51,429 nucleotides of DNA, from the NCBI GenBank assembly GCA_964648415.1, contig CAZYOC010000002.1, forward strand, positions 1 through 51,429, in the 5' to 3' direction. The position numbers and the translations under genes are program-made. Shown one piece after another: positions 23,895 through 33,602 of this stretch; within the stretch, counting starts at the first letter, position 1; the number at the start of each line of letters is the position of its first letter. The notes under the pieces are model-generated. The model was not told the origin of the DNA. It saw nothing but the letters and a program-made list of their open reading frames with translations, and did not search any database. This DNA is from an uncultured bacterium. Lineage in GTDB: Bacteria; Electryoneota; Electryoneia; Electryoneales; Electryoneaceae.

Positions 23895-25656
23895 ACCTCG
23901 CCCCCTGCACCGATTCATCAACCGGTTCGAGCCGTACGCGATGGAAAAGTGTGTCTGCGTCATCACCACTACGTTCCCCTCCCGGCAAAACAGGGAAAAA
24001 TGCTTCCAATTCATCAAAGGGTTGTGGAAGTCCACTCAAACAGGAAATGACCTCGCTCCCCTGTTGAGCAACCAGCCTGGATGTAGCAAAAAGATACAGT
24101 ATGTCCGATTCATTCGACTGGACAGGGATGCGGACAATGCTTCCGTACAAAAGTTCCGGTCCCAGATCTTCCGGGAAATAGTACCGCCATACGACGACAG
24201 GCGTGTCTTTGGCCACCCTCGCTACCTGGTTTCGCAGCGAAGCGTTTTCACTCCTCACCTCATACTGCTTCAGCAGGCCATTGACCTGCTGCGCCCCGCC
24301 CACGAGCAGTAAAACGATCAGTATCCCACGTACCCATCTCTTCTCTCGAAGCATCCATGCGACACCTCCAGTCATCGCAGCAAGGAGCGGAGCAAGCAGG
24401 AACCGCGGCCCGAAATGGATGCCCTGCTCGACCGGGTTTGTGGCAAGCGACAGCAAGATGATTCCGCCCAGAATCCATTTGATTTTCTTCTCTACGTCAT
24501 GGACCGACGGCGCCGCAAACCAGGCCGCCGCAAGAGGAGCCGTCGCAAGCCAGCCACTGGAGGCGGCCAACTCACTGAGCGGAACGGGTGTCGCGAACCG
24601 GTACACCGCAATTCCCAACAATCCAACCGCCGCCAGACCGCCACCGGCAACTCGAGCAACGCTCCTTCCCCGTGCCAGGAAAAACAGACCCACCAGCACC
24701 AGGCCGGAGTACAACCAGCTCAAGCCAGGCAACGCCCCCAGCCCAAGCTGGCTCGCCGCATTGGCAACCCTCGCCAGGAACGTAATCTCAAAAAACTGAA
24801 CATTTTGACTGATATGGGGAAAGAGAACCAAGCCTTCAGCACCAGCTCCATACATCGTGAAATTCACTATTAGAAGCGCCGATCCCGCTGTCAACAACCC
24901 CAGCAGATACCACCCCTTTCCCCGCACCATCACCAAAACACCGAGCGCCCAGATCAGCCCTTCCGTACGCAACCCGATCGCCACAGCAGCGAGCACCCCC
25001 GCAGCGAGCGCAAACCAGCGGGCTTGATGCACGGAGTACGCCTTGATGACCGGTGCAATCGCAAATCCCAGCGAAGCCAACGCCAGCGCGCCGTACAGAC
25101 CGTGCTCCCATATGGCGAACGTGTAGAAGAGCAAGGGCGTCGTGAACAGGACAGCCAGCGGAACCACTGTTTCAGCAAACGCTGCAAGTTGCTTCGCAGG
25201 AGCGACGGCGCCTCGCTGCTGCGGGCCGTAAAGCAGGCCATACAACCACGCAACAACAACCGCACATAACCAGCCGCCCAGAATGGACCACAGCCGGATC
25301 GCCTCCACACTCGCCCAGACCGCGTACATGACGCTGCCGAGCAGCAGAAACAGCGGGCTGTAAACCGCCACCGTCCGCTGTCCGATATGGAACGAGAACG
25401 GTTCGCTGTAGGGCGTGAAGAAGGCGTGTGTTCGCTGATCGACTGCAAACGGCGGGTTGAAGGGTAAACTGTAGTTGAAGCCCTGCTGCTCGATCGCGGC
25501 TGCGGCGAGGGTCTTCACGCCGGCGTCCACTCCCCACAACCCGCCACGTGGCCCCACCCCGTAAACCAGCGCACAGAGCACTGCCAACAAGCCCAGAAAA
25601 AAGGCAACCCGACGGATGCGGGTTGCCTTGAAAGATTGTCGCAGGGTCGTACTCAT
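23770..25656 (-). CDS. Polytopic integral membrane protein (possible GT-C-like), last gene of the surface-system operon
   Basis: 628 aa with many hydrophobic helices over ~450 aa, then a soluble C-terminal ~170 aa. It starts 6 nt after the upstream gene. I do not recognise the family with confidence. Confidence 0.65.
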   Translation of the reverse strand: MSTTLRQSFKATRIRRVAFFLGLLAVLCALVYGVGPRGGLWGVDAGVKTLAAAAIEQQGFNYSLPFNPPFAVDQRTHAFFTPYSEPFSFHIGQRTVAVYSPLFLLLGSVMYAVWASVEAIRLWSILGGWLCAVVVAWLYGLLYGPQQRGAVAPAKQLAAFAETVVPLAVLFTTPLLFYTFAIWEHGLYGALALASLGFAIAPVIKAYSVHQARWFALAAGVLAAVAIGLRTEGLIWALGVLVMVRGKGWYLLGLLTAGSALLIVNFTMYGAGAEGLVLFPHISQNVQFFEITFLARVANAASQLGLGALPGLSWLYSGLVLVGLFFLARGRSVARVAGGGLAAVGLLGIAVYRFATPVPLSELAASSGWLATAPLAAAWFAAPSVHDVEKKIKWILGGIILLSLATNPVEQGIHFGPRFLLAPLLAAMTGGVAWMLREKRWVRGILIVLLLVGGAQQVNGLLKQYEVRSENASLRNQVARVAKDTPVVVWRYYFPEDLGPELLYGSIVRIPVQSNESDILYLFATSRLVAQQGSEVISCLSGLPQPFDELEAFFPVLPGGERSGDDADTLFHRVRLEPVDESVQGARFTLQRYWIEMAQMNREQLPDPSASGVRLWNSGLVATRDRGD

Positions 25657-25662
25657 GGGACG

Positions 25663-27627
25663 CTATTGCGTCAGGATCCAGGTGATCATGTACGCATAGG
25701 CGTCGAGCACACTTTCGCGGTCCATGAAGAAGTACGAGAACGTGGACAGCGCTGAGCGGGAGCGAGGATTGCGAATCTCGCAAGGAGCCAGGTGGAACTC
25801 GGAAAGCGGATCAAACTTGTAGCTGACCGCGAGGGAATCGCCGGGCAACCATTCCTGCCCCTCTGAATGGGTGATGAAGATGTAGTTCCCCACCACACCG
25901 ACGACTTCGCCCTGCCAGTTCGAATACCCCTGCTCGGACAGGGTGATGTTTTCCACTTTGCTGACAGAGTCGGGATAGATGCTGTCATCGTAGAAGTCAT
26001 CTTCATCCGGATCAACTCGCACAAAGCAATCCACCGACCGTGGGGCCTGGAAGGGCAGATTGTCGGAGCGAACCACTTCGCCAGCTTCGTTTTCAACCTC
26101 TCCGACATAGGTTGCGGTGAAGGAATCGAAGTACTGGGTGGCGACTGCTTCATCCCGGCGCAGAATCCGCCCGGCTCCCGTTTCACCGTAATTCTGAGGA
26201 TTGTCGTAGTACCGAATCGAATCGGGATCATCCGGCGACGGTACGCCATAGTAGTTTTGCTTTTTCGTGCTGTCGACGAAACTCAAGGCCGGGAAGTAGC
26301 TGAGCGCATTCTCCGTCCCGATGAATTCCGCTCTGGCGAGTGTCGCCCCGCGCACCTGGGTATCCGAAATACCGTCGGAGCCGAAGAAATCAGTCATCAA
26401 AATGAGGTCAAGATTCTCCAGGCCGGGCACATCGGCGCCGTTCGGAATCTTGTAGCTCAAACAACGTCCCTGGTACCATATGTTACCGCCGACCTCCAGA
26501 TAGTCAACGAGGATCTTGTTACGGCGAATGGGGTACATACCGGTCAGAAGGTTGCTCCTTACTTGATCAGCGGCAATGAGCACCATCTTGTATTGATGGA
26601 TCAGGGAGTACGGAGGAACCATACTCTGCCAATCCGTCAGCTCGTCCACGACCCAGAAGTGAACTTCCAGATCCTGCAAGACACTTTCCATTCCCGCCTG
26701 CGGAGGAGCAGTCGTACGAAGATCCTCGACCAGATCGTGGTAGTATGTTACCAACGTGTCTGCTTTCGGGAACGCGGCAGGAACATTGCCGTTGGGGGCT
26801 TCAATGACAAACAGCACATCATGCAGGAAGGTCGGCCGGATCACATTGAACCGGATCCTGGCCGGCGCCGGTGACGGTTCAAATGCGTCATCACGACACC
26901 ACACCGAAAGGGTATAGAAACCGGTTTCAAGGTCCGCAAAGGTAGCGCTCTGTTCATCGACCCAGTCGCTCACCCCGATGGTGTCCTCGGCGCCCTTGAC
27001 GATCACCATCTTGTACTGCAACGGAATCTTGTGCAAGGCGCGATCGTCGGGATCGCTGGACTGCCACTGGAACTGATGCCCGGGCCAGTACTGCGAAGTA
27101 TACTCGGCGGAGAAGAGGGTGTCTTCAACAATAACCGATTGCCCCATTGCGTCATCGCTCGCGCCCGCCAGACCAATCTGCGGGATGTTCGGCGGCTGGT
27201 TTGAACGGTAAAATGTCCTGTAGACCACGGAATCGCTCACAGCGTCCTCGTTGTCAAAACAGCGGATATAGACAACGTGCTCGGTCTGCTCACCTTCTTC
27301 CGTCAGCAGGTAGATGGTCGCTTCGGTGGCAATCGTATCGGTCCAGGCTTCATCCGGAATCTGATCGTAAAAAGCGATCGGATTCTGAATGGCGGCAGAA
27401 TCGGTAACGTCCGCAAAGGAGTAGTACTCAACAAACCCGTCCGGATCACTACCGGCCCAGTACACCGTGGGCGCGTAATTAAACTCGCTGCTGTCGAGGG
27501 GCACGGTGACGAAGCGAACCGACGGCGGAATGTTCACATCCTGGTCGCCTTCCATGTTCCCGCACCCGGCCAGCATCAGGGCCAGCAGCAGCATTCCCGC
27601 TATGGGATAGAGGTTTCTCAATCGCAT
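25663..27627 (-). CDS. Large surface lipoprotein with two repeated modules
   Basis: 654 aa with lipobox 'LMLAGCG'. Two modules begin 'PPSV...YWAGSDPDG' and 'PPNI...FQWQSSDPDD'. I recognise no enzymatic motif. Confidence 0.7.
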   Translation of the reverse strand: MRLRNLYPIAGMLLLALMLAGCGNMEGDQDVNIPPSVRFVTVPLDSSEFNYAPTVYWAGSDPDGFVEYYSFADVTDSAAIQNPIAFYDQIPDEAWTDTIATEATIYLLTEEGEQTEHVVYIRCFDNEDAVSDSVVYRTFYRSNQPPNIPQIGLAGASDDAMGQSVIVEDTLFSAEYTSQYWPGHQFQWQSSDPDDRALHKIPLQYKMVIVKGAEDTIGVSDWVDEQSATFADLETGFYTLSVWCRDDAFEPSPAPARIRFNVIRPTFLHDVLFVIEAPNGNVPAAFPKADTLVTYYHDLVEDLRTTAPPQAGMESVLQDLEVHFWVVDELTDWQSMVPPYSLIHQYKMVLIAADQVRSNLLTGMYPIRRNKILVDYLEVGGNIWYQGRCLSYKIPNGADVPGLENLDLILMTDFFGSDGISDTQVRGATLARAEFIGTENALSYFPALSFVDSTKKQNYYGVPSPDDPDSIRYYDNPQNYGETGAGRILRRDEAVATQYFDSFTATYVGEVENEAGEVVRSDNLPFQAPRSVDCFVRVDPDEDDFYDDSIYPDSVSKVENITLSEQGYSNWQGEVVGVVGNYIFITHSEGQEWLPGDSLAVSYKFDPLSEFHLAPCEIRNPRSRSALSTFSYFFMDRESVLDAYAYMITWILTQ

Positions 27628-27642
27628 GAGCCTGTTCCTCTC

Positions 27643-28275
27643 TTATCCGCGAATGATCGGCATCAGCCGGTCAATTTCAGCAATCAGCGCATCGCGACCA
27701 GCCTGGGTCGTCAAATCCGCATCAAAGGTCGAATTCAATTCCTGAACCTGGACCAGCGCGGCGTCAAAATCACCTGTCAACAGGTAGGAAGAAGCCATCA
27801 TCCAGATCAGATCCAGTTCGTTCACACCTTCCATGTGATCGAACCGGTAGCCGGGATTGGTTGTCAGGACCTCATCAATCAGCGAGACGCAGGTGGTGAA
27901 ATGCTCACCGTCATAGGCGACAAAGGCCTGGCCCACTTTGATGTCCAGCCGGTCGCCGGGACGGTCTTCATCCAAACCGTCGTTCCAGTACTCTGTCGCC
28001 GCTTCCAGGTCGCCCAGCATATAGCTGGCCCACCCGGCGCCGGTGAAGGCGTCCGTGCTGGTCGCCCCCGCCGCAATCGACCGGTCAAACAGCTCCAGCG
28101 CGGCTTCCCAGTTCAGCAGCTCGAATTCGTCCCAGCCATCCCGCGCCAATTCCACAGGATTGCCGGACACCCCATCATCGTCTTCGTCGTCATCGCCGCA
28201 GCCGATCACGCCGATGCTGAGAACCAGCAACGCCGCAAGCAACCCACTCAGCCATGTCCACTTTTTCACTGTCAT
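27643..28275 (-). CDS. Small TPR-like lipoprotein
   Basis: 210 aa with lipobox 'IGVIGCG', followed by an Asp-rich linker and helical repeats ('GWASYMLGDLEAATEYWNDGL'). Confidence 0.65.
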   Translation of the reverse strand: MTVKKWTWLSGLLAALLVLSIGVIGCGDDDEDDDGVSGNPVELARDGWDEFELLNWEAALELFDRSIAAGATSTDAFTGAGWASYMLGDLEAATEYWNDGLDEDRPGDRLDIKVGQAFVAYDGEHFTTCVSLIDEVLTTNPGYRFDHMEGVNELDLIWMMASSYLLTGDFDAALVQVQELNSTFDADLTTQAGRDALIAEIDRLMPIIRG

Positions 28276-28285
28276 GTCCTCGCTC

Positions 28286-31200
28286 CTACCGCATCAGGAC
28301 CAATTTGCGAGTTTCAACCAGCCTGGCGCCGTTGGACGGCGTCACGATCAGCCGGTAGAAGTACACCCCACTGGCCAGTTCCGCACCGGCCTGGTTGCGT
28401 CCGTCCCACATCACGCTGTGGCGGCCGGACGCGTACCAGCTCCGCTCCACCGTGGCTACGAGCTGCCCAAGCAGATTGTACACCTGCAACTGCACATCGG
28501 CGGCGTTCGCCAACTCAAACGGGATCGTGGTCGTGGGGTTGAACGGGTTCGGATAGTTGGCGCCCAGACGGGTCCGGGTCGGCAACAACTGCGACTGCCG
28601 GCTGCCCAGCGAATTGATCACGGCGAACACGCCCGGGCCGTCCGTGCCGGCGTGCACGGTCTTGTTCGTCACGTCCACGTAGCTGTCGAGCTTACGCCAC
28701 TCTTTATCCGCCAGACGCCAGATCGCCAGGCCGTCTTCGCGACCGGGCAATACCGCGTATTCATCGTACGGCAGCACAATTTCGCCGTCCGCGGCCCACT
28801 GAGTCTTCACGCTTCGCACTTCCCAACGTGCGCCGGCAGAGGCTGACATGGGAACTTCGTCCGGCAGCGAACCACCCAGATCCGGTTCCGCCATCAGCAT
28901 CAATTCGGAGGTCGCCGCGTTCGGAGGAAGCTCCAGGCTTGCACCCGAAGGATCGGAAAGCAGACCGCCAACCCCCGGCTTGAACACCGTTACAGCCATC
29001 GTCGTCCGGTACATGTACTCGCCACTGGAGGCTTTCACTTCAATGAAGTTCGACTCGTCCGTCGTGTATTGCGCGCGGTACATGCCGCTGCCGGATGACA
29101 CCTCCGTCAAGGCAAGTTCATCTGTGCCTTGATACGACGTCACCTCCAGGGTCGGCATGCCCAGACCGCTTTCCAATGTGCTGACCACGATGTAGAGGGT
29201 ACGTGCGTTCACCAGGTTCGGCAGGAAGCGAATCCGAAGCGGGGCGGCGGAATCCCAGTAGCCTGCGCCGGGGCCGCCGTACAACCCGATGTCCCCAGTC
29301 TCAGTCCCCTTGCTCGGCGGGAAGCTGTAGTCTTCGTACTGCACCGCCGGATTACCGCCGTCGATCAGGGGATTGTCCCCGGCAGCAGTCCCGGTCAGGA
29401 CAAAGTCGACGGTATCCTGGAAAACCACAGCCGGGTCGGCGTCGAACACATGCTGCGCATCGTTCGTGGAATCCTCCAGCACCGAATAGAAGAACTCAGC
29501 ACCGCCGTTATCGCCGAAGGATACAGCATTGGCGCCATGACCATGAACCACGCTGTTGCGGACAATGGGATTTGAGCGGGCCACGGCGTACAGGGCATGA
29601 CCGATCCCGTCGGTGGAAACATTGCCGTACAGGATGCTGTTCAACATCACTGGCGAACAATGGTCCACCAGATTCATCCCGCCGCCATACGTGGCGGTGT
29701 TGCCCTGAATCAAGCTGTTTGAGATGGTCGGATCGGAGTAGTTCTTCATGTAGATGCCGCCACCCGGGCCGTCGACTACGCTGTTGTACCGGACAATGTT
29801 GTTGTGGAATTCCGGTTGGCTGCCCCAAATCGTAATCGCGCCACCGAAATTCTCCGCGGAGTTGTTTTCGAAAGTACAATTGACGATTGTAGGCGCCGCT
29901 TGATACATCCACATCGCGCCGCCGTCCAGGGAACTGTAGCAATCCCGGATCGTCACATCGTAGAAGGTCGGGCTGCTGTTATAGACCGACACGCCGCCGC
30001 CATGCAAGGTAAAGTCGGGTTGGGTCTCTTCTTCGTCCTCACCCAGCGGCCGGCTGTGTCCTTTTTCAATGACCACGTGTTCGAGGCGCGACCACTGGCT
30101 GGCCGCGAAGAAACGGACCCCGCCATGATACGGCGTTGATCCCTGAGTCGTGAACAACACCTTGTTATCGGCAGTGCCCAGCACCTCAAGCGTACCTTCG
30201 ACACGAATCCAGTCGTCGGTTTCTTCAAACTGGATGGTGACACCATCGAGAATCGTCAGTTTTTCGGTAGTTTCAATCACCGTCGGACCGGCGCAAATGT
30301 ATAAGGTGTCGTCACCCATTCCCCACACCTCCGGGATACCGAACGCCGGATTCGGGATGGAGCCGGAGAAATACCGGCCGCCGGTAATTCCGCGTCCGGT
30401 CAGGTACAGATGAATGCTTTCCAGATCGGTAGGAATGGTAATTTGATCCTCATACATCTGGACTGAATCCGGATCGAACAGGATGCTCAGCACCAGGCTG
30501 TCTTCCGCGGGAACAGTCAGCGGGAAACTGGAAGGATCTGTGGAAAAAGCTGTGCCGCTGAATCCCGGTTCGGATACCGTCATGGGGTGATTACCGGCAT
30601 TGTAGAGCACAACATCGTTACGTTGAATATCGCTGTTCACATCGGCGAACAGGAAATCCAAAGTGTCACCGTTGGTCACATCCGTTTCCAGGATCGGACC
30701 TTCCAGAAATGCGGACAGCCGAATGTACTTGTGTTCCGCGCTGTTGCGGACGAAAATGCTGTCCCGCAGTTCTCCAACGACTCTGCTGGGGTCGCAGATG
30801 GCGAGATAGGTATACGTCTGGCCCGGCGGAATCGACCAGGGGCCGGTCTGATCCGGGTGCGGCGCAGCGCTGAAGAAACGGGTCGCTGTTTCCAGGTGCG
30901 GTGTGGTAATCAGTAGCGGCGTGGTGCCTGTGCTGCTGATCTGGAACTCCACCGCAATCGAATCACCAAGCGCAACCGTACCGTAGTCTACCGCATTGGT
31001 GCTGATGGAAATCCCCGGGTTAACCGGTGTTCCGCGCAGTTTGTAGGGAATGTCGCCGCCTTCCGTTTCCAGCAGCAACCACACATCCACCCGCACTGTA
31101 TCATTCGCATCCGGGTGATAATGCACGTCGAACGCATCCGAACTGTCCGGCGCAATTTCAAACTGGCGTCCCGATGTCGGGATGGTAAAACGATGCTCGA

Positions 31201-32473
31201 TATAGGCCAAACGTTCTGCATCGCTATTCACGCCCGGTACGTCCAGCGAATCGGTAAGCCAGGACAAGGTGTTTTCGTTCAACTGAAAACGCAGCACATC
31301 ATGGCCGATGTTGCCGATGCCCGCTGCTGTCGAAGTTGTATCTTCCACTCGAGTCGTGGGGAAAATCAGGAAGTTGTTCCGGTCCCCGTTGGCGGCTTGC
31401 GGCACCGCCACCGGCACCGAGGTTGTCGCGAACTGAGTCCCGCCCCACGCTCCCATGTTGACGAACTGACCATGCGGCGCAGGCTCGTTATCGACACGAT
31501 CATCGGAAGGTTCACCCGTATCCACGCCAACCGAACTGTCGGTCAGTGTGTAGTACATCTCATCAGCGAAGTAGGCGCGGTCATGGTAAAGGAAATCCTC
31601 GACATTGTCATCGCCCAGGTCGCTCTGGATGCAATACCTCACGTTGATAAGGTCGTCATCGCCGCCGGAGACGAAATACGCCTGGTCCGACGTGGAAGTT
31701 TCGCCATTGTTCCAAAAGATCGTCGAACGAACATGCAGGTCTGCCTCCGGCCCCACATAGACACCGTTGCCAAAACCGGAGATGCTTCTGCCCGTGGAAT
31801 CTGTGCCACCCGAGTTATTGTGCACAATAGTGAGATTCCGCAATTGCAGCTCGCTGCGCTCCGCGTACATCCCGCCACCGTTTACCAGGGCATGGTTGTC
31901 CGCGATGATGTTATTGCGGAAAACAGAGGAAGACGACCAGAAATAGACGCCTCCGCCATTGTTGTAGGCACGGCAGTTTCGGATGATGGCGTTTTCAACA
32001 TGCGGCGACGAACCGTAGACATATAACCCGCCGCCGTTGTTCTCCGGCCACCGCCCGTGCGCATACCCGTGCTCGACCACGACCCATCGTAACACCGATC
32101 CCGGATCGCTGTTCACGAATCGGATTCCCTGCCACCGCAGCGAGTCGTCCAGGCCGGTAGTATCCTGTGTGAAGGTGACCCATTCAATATCGCCGATGGT
32201 CGCCCCGGCAGGCTGCCCCTGGGCGTTCAGAACGCCGTTGACAGTCATGCTGTAGGGCCCGTCGAACTCAACCGTCACGCCGGGCTCGATGGTCAGCACT
32301 TCACCGGCGGGAATGGTCACATCGTGAATAATCACGTAGGGGCTGTTGGCCGTGGTCCATGTCCGGGTCGTCAGCTCCGTATCAGTCACGTCTCCGGCCA
32401 TCGCCGGCGACATCAGCATCAGCAACGCCGCCGCGAGGCCTATCCATCGTGTGCTGGACTTCAGTTGCACCAT
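28286..32473 (-). CDS. Giant secreted beta-helix protein (two PbH1-type modules) with a T9SS type-A C-terminal sorting domain
   Basis: ORF 28286..32515; the ATG at 32473 has SD 'gaggtg'. It has a signal peptide and parallel beta-helix repeats rich in 'NN..GGG.Y'. The C-terminus 'NYPNPFNPTTTIPFEL...VQLQVYNLLGQLVATV...SGVYFYRLIV...KLVLMR' is a classic T9SS/FlgD-Ig-like CTD. Confidence 0.85.
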   Translation of the reverse strand: MVQLKSSTRWIGLAAALLMLMSPAMAGDVTDTELTTRTWTTANSPYVIIHDVTIPAGEVLTIEPGVTVEFDGPYSMTVNGVLNAQGQPAGATIGDIEWVTFTQDTTGLDDSLRWQGIRFVNSDPGSVLRWVVVEHGYAHGRWPENNGGGLYVYGSSPHVENAIIRNCRAYNNGGGVYFWSSSSVFRNNIIADNHALVNGGGMYAERSELQLRNLTIVHNNSGGTDSTGRSISGFGNGVYVGPEADLHVRSTIFWNNGETSTSDQAYFVSGGDDDLINVRYCIQSDLGDDNVEDFLYHDRAYFADEMYYTLTDSSVGVDTGEPSDDRVDNEPAPHGQFVNMGAWGGTQFATTSVPVAVPQAANGDRNNFLIFPTTRVEDTTSTAAGIGNIGHDVLRFQLNENTLSWLTDSLDVPGVNSDAERLAYIEHRFTIPTSGRQFEIAPDSSDAFDVHYHPDANDTVRVDVWLLLETEGGDIPYKLRGTPVNPGISISTNAVDYGTVALGDSIAVEFQISSTGTTPLLITTPHLETATRFFSAAPHPDQTGPWSIPPGQTYTYLAICDPSRVVGELRDSIFVRNSAEHKYIRLSAFLEGPILETDVTNGDTLDFLFADVNSDIQRNDVVLYNAGNHPMTVSEPGFSGTAFSTDPSSFPLTVPAEDSLVLSILFDPDSVQMYEDQITIPTDLESIHLYLTGRGITGGRYFSGSIPNPAFGIPEVWGMGDDTLYICAGPTVIETTEKLTILDGVTIQFEETDDWIRVEGTLEVLGTADNKVLFTTQGSTPYHGGVRFFAASQWSRLEHVVIEKGHSRPLGEDEEETQPDFTLHGGGVSVYNSSPTFYDVTIRDCYSSLDGGAMWMYQAAPTIVNCTFENNSAENFGGAITIWGSQPEFHNNIVRYNSVVDGPGGGIYMKNYSDPTISNSLIQGNTATYGGGMNLVDHCSPVMLNSILYGNVSTDGIGHALYAVARSNPIVRNSVVHGHGANAVSFGDNGGAEFFYSVLEDSTNDAQHVFDADPAVVFQDTVDFVLTGTAAGDNPLIDGGNPAVQYEDYSFPPSKGTETGDIGLYGGPGAGYWDSAAPLRIRFLPNLVNARTLYIVVSTLESGLGMPTLEVTSYQGTDELALTEVSSGSGMYRAQYTTDESNFIEVKASSGEYMYRTTMAVTVFKPGVGGLLSDPSGASLELPPNAATSELMLMAEPDLGGSLPDEVPMSASAGARWEVRSVKTQWAADGEIVLPYDEYAVLPGREDGLAIWRLADKEWRKLDSYVDVTNKTVHAGTDGPGVFAVINSLGSRQSQLLPTRTRLGANYPNPFNPTTTIPFELANAADVQLQVYNLLGQLVATVERSWYASGRHSVMWDGRNQAGAELASGVYFYRLIVTPSNGARLVETRKLVLMR

Positions 32474-32557
32474 GCCACCTCGTCCTTTCAAGTTGCGGTC
32501 ATCCGCCGCAATCATTCTAGCTTACCCTGCCAAACTGAATATCGATCACGTTACAGT

Positions 32558-33589
32558 CTACCTGTTGAAACGATACCCGAGACTGAAACGATGCATTCCG
32601 CCCAGGAAACCCAGTTGGGCGTAGGTATAGTCGACCATCAGGCCAATGTTGCGCAAATGCAACCCGCCACCGACACTGAATCCATGAAGCGACAGCATCC
32701 CGTCTTCGTCAATCACAGGATACTCCACGTATGGATTAAAGTTCTGTTTGTCGTTCGCTTGCTGATAGTCATCCCAGCTATCACGGGAGAACCCGTTTAC
32801 CTTTTTCCCAAGCCGGAAGAATGCAGTCTCGTTCCAGGCATACTCCCAGCCGAAATGCAGCTCTTCCACATTATCGTTCGGGTGGGTTCCCTCGACCGCC
32901 ATGGTCACCCGGTGCCGCTCCGTCTGATACAACTCGGCGGCCATCCCGAACTTGAAGTTGAGGGGTAGCGGGAAAGGCGAGGAGACAAGTTGCATGTCCG
33001 GGCCGAAGTTGCTGATCATCATGGCGATGCGCAAGGAATGCCACCCGGTGTCGTAATAGGTGCCAACGTCCGCGGCCCAACCCCGCGCAACTTCGTCCGC
33101 AAGGTTCTCCTGGATGTACTTGATCGTACCGCCCACGGAGAATTTATCCGTCAGCATCTGGGCGTAGCTGACCCCGCCGGCGAAATCAGATGCGGTAAAG
33201 GTCTGTCCGTTGCCGTGCGGACGTTCCGGTGTGGTCACATCCATCGCATCCGTGTACAGCGCCGTCATTGACACACCGATGGCACCGCCCAGCCCCGGCA
33301 TGGGCATGACATACCCGAGGAAATCGAAATTGATCCCGGCGGGCATGACAACATGGGTCAGAATGGCTTCCCGTTGTTTCAGGTTGACCATTCCGGCGGG
33401 GTTGTAGTAGAGAGTCGAAGCATCGTTGGCCACCGGAAGCAACGCATCCGCCATGGCCACCGCACGCGATGACACCCCGATCTTGAGAAAGTTGACCCCG
33501 GTCGTGCCGACCTTCGCCTGCCCGAGAGCCAATCCTGGAAGCAGCAACATGACCGCCAGGCTAAGCCCTATCCAGCGTCTCGTCGTCAT
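32558..33589 (-). CDS. porV: PorV/PorQ-family outer-membrane beta-barrel (T9SS cargo shuttle homolog)
   Basis: ORF 32558..33631; the likely start is 'MTTRRW' at 33589, with SD 'aaggaag'. After the signal peptide, 'GTTGVNFLKIGVSSRAVAMADALLPVANDASTLYYNPAGM' matches the PorV N-terminal signature. Confidence 0.75.
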   Translation of the reverse strand: MTTRRWIGLSLAVMLLLPGLALGQAKVGTTGVNFLKIGVSSRAVAMADALLPVANDASTLYYNPAGMVNLKQREAILTHVVMPAGINFDFLGYVMPMPGLGGAIGVSMTALYTDAMDVTTPERPHGNGQTFTASDFAGGVSYAQMLTDKFSVGGTIKYIQENLADEVARGWAADVGTYYDTGWHSLRIAMMISNFGPDMQLVSSPFPLPLNFKFGMAAELYQTERHRVTMAVEGTHPNDNVEELHFGWEYAWNETAFFRLGKKVNGFSRDSWDDYQQANDKQNFNPYVEYPVIDEDGMLSLHGFSVGGGLHLRNIGLMVDYTYAQLGFLGGMHRFSLGYRFNR

Positions 33590-33602
33590 GGCGTCTTCCT
33601 TT

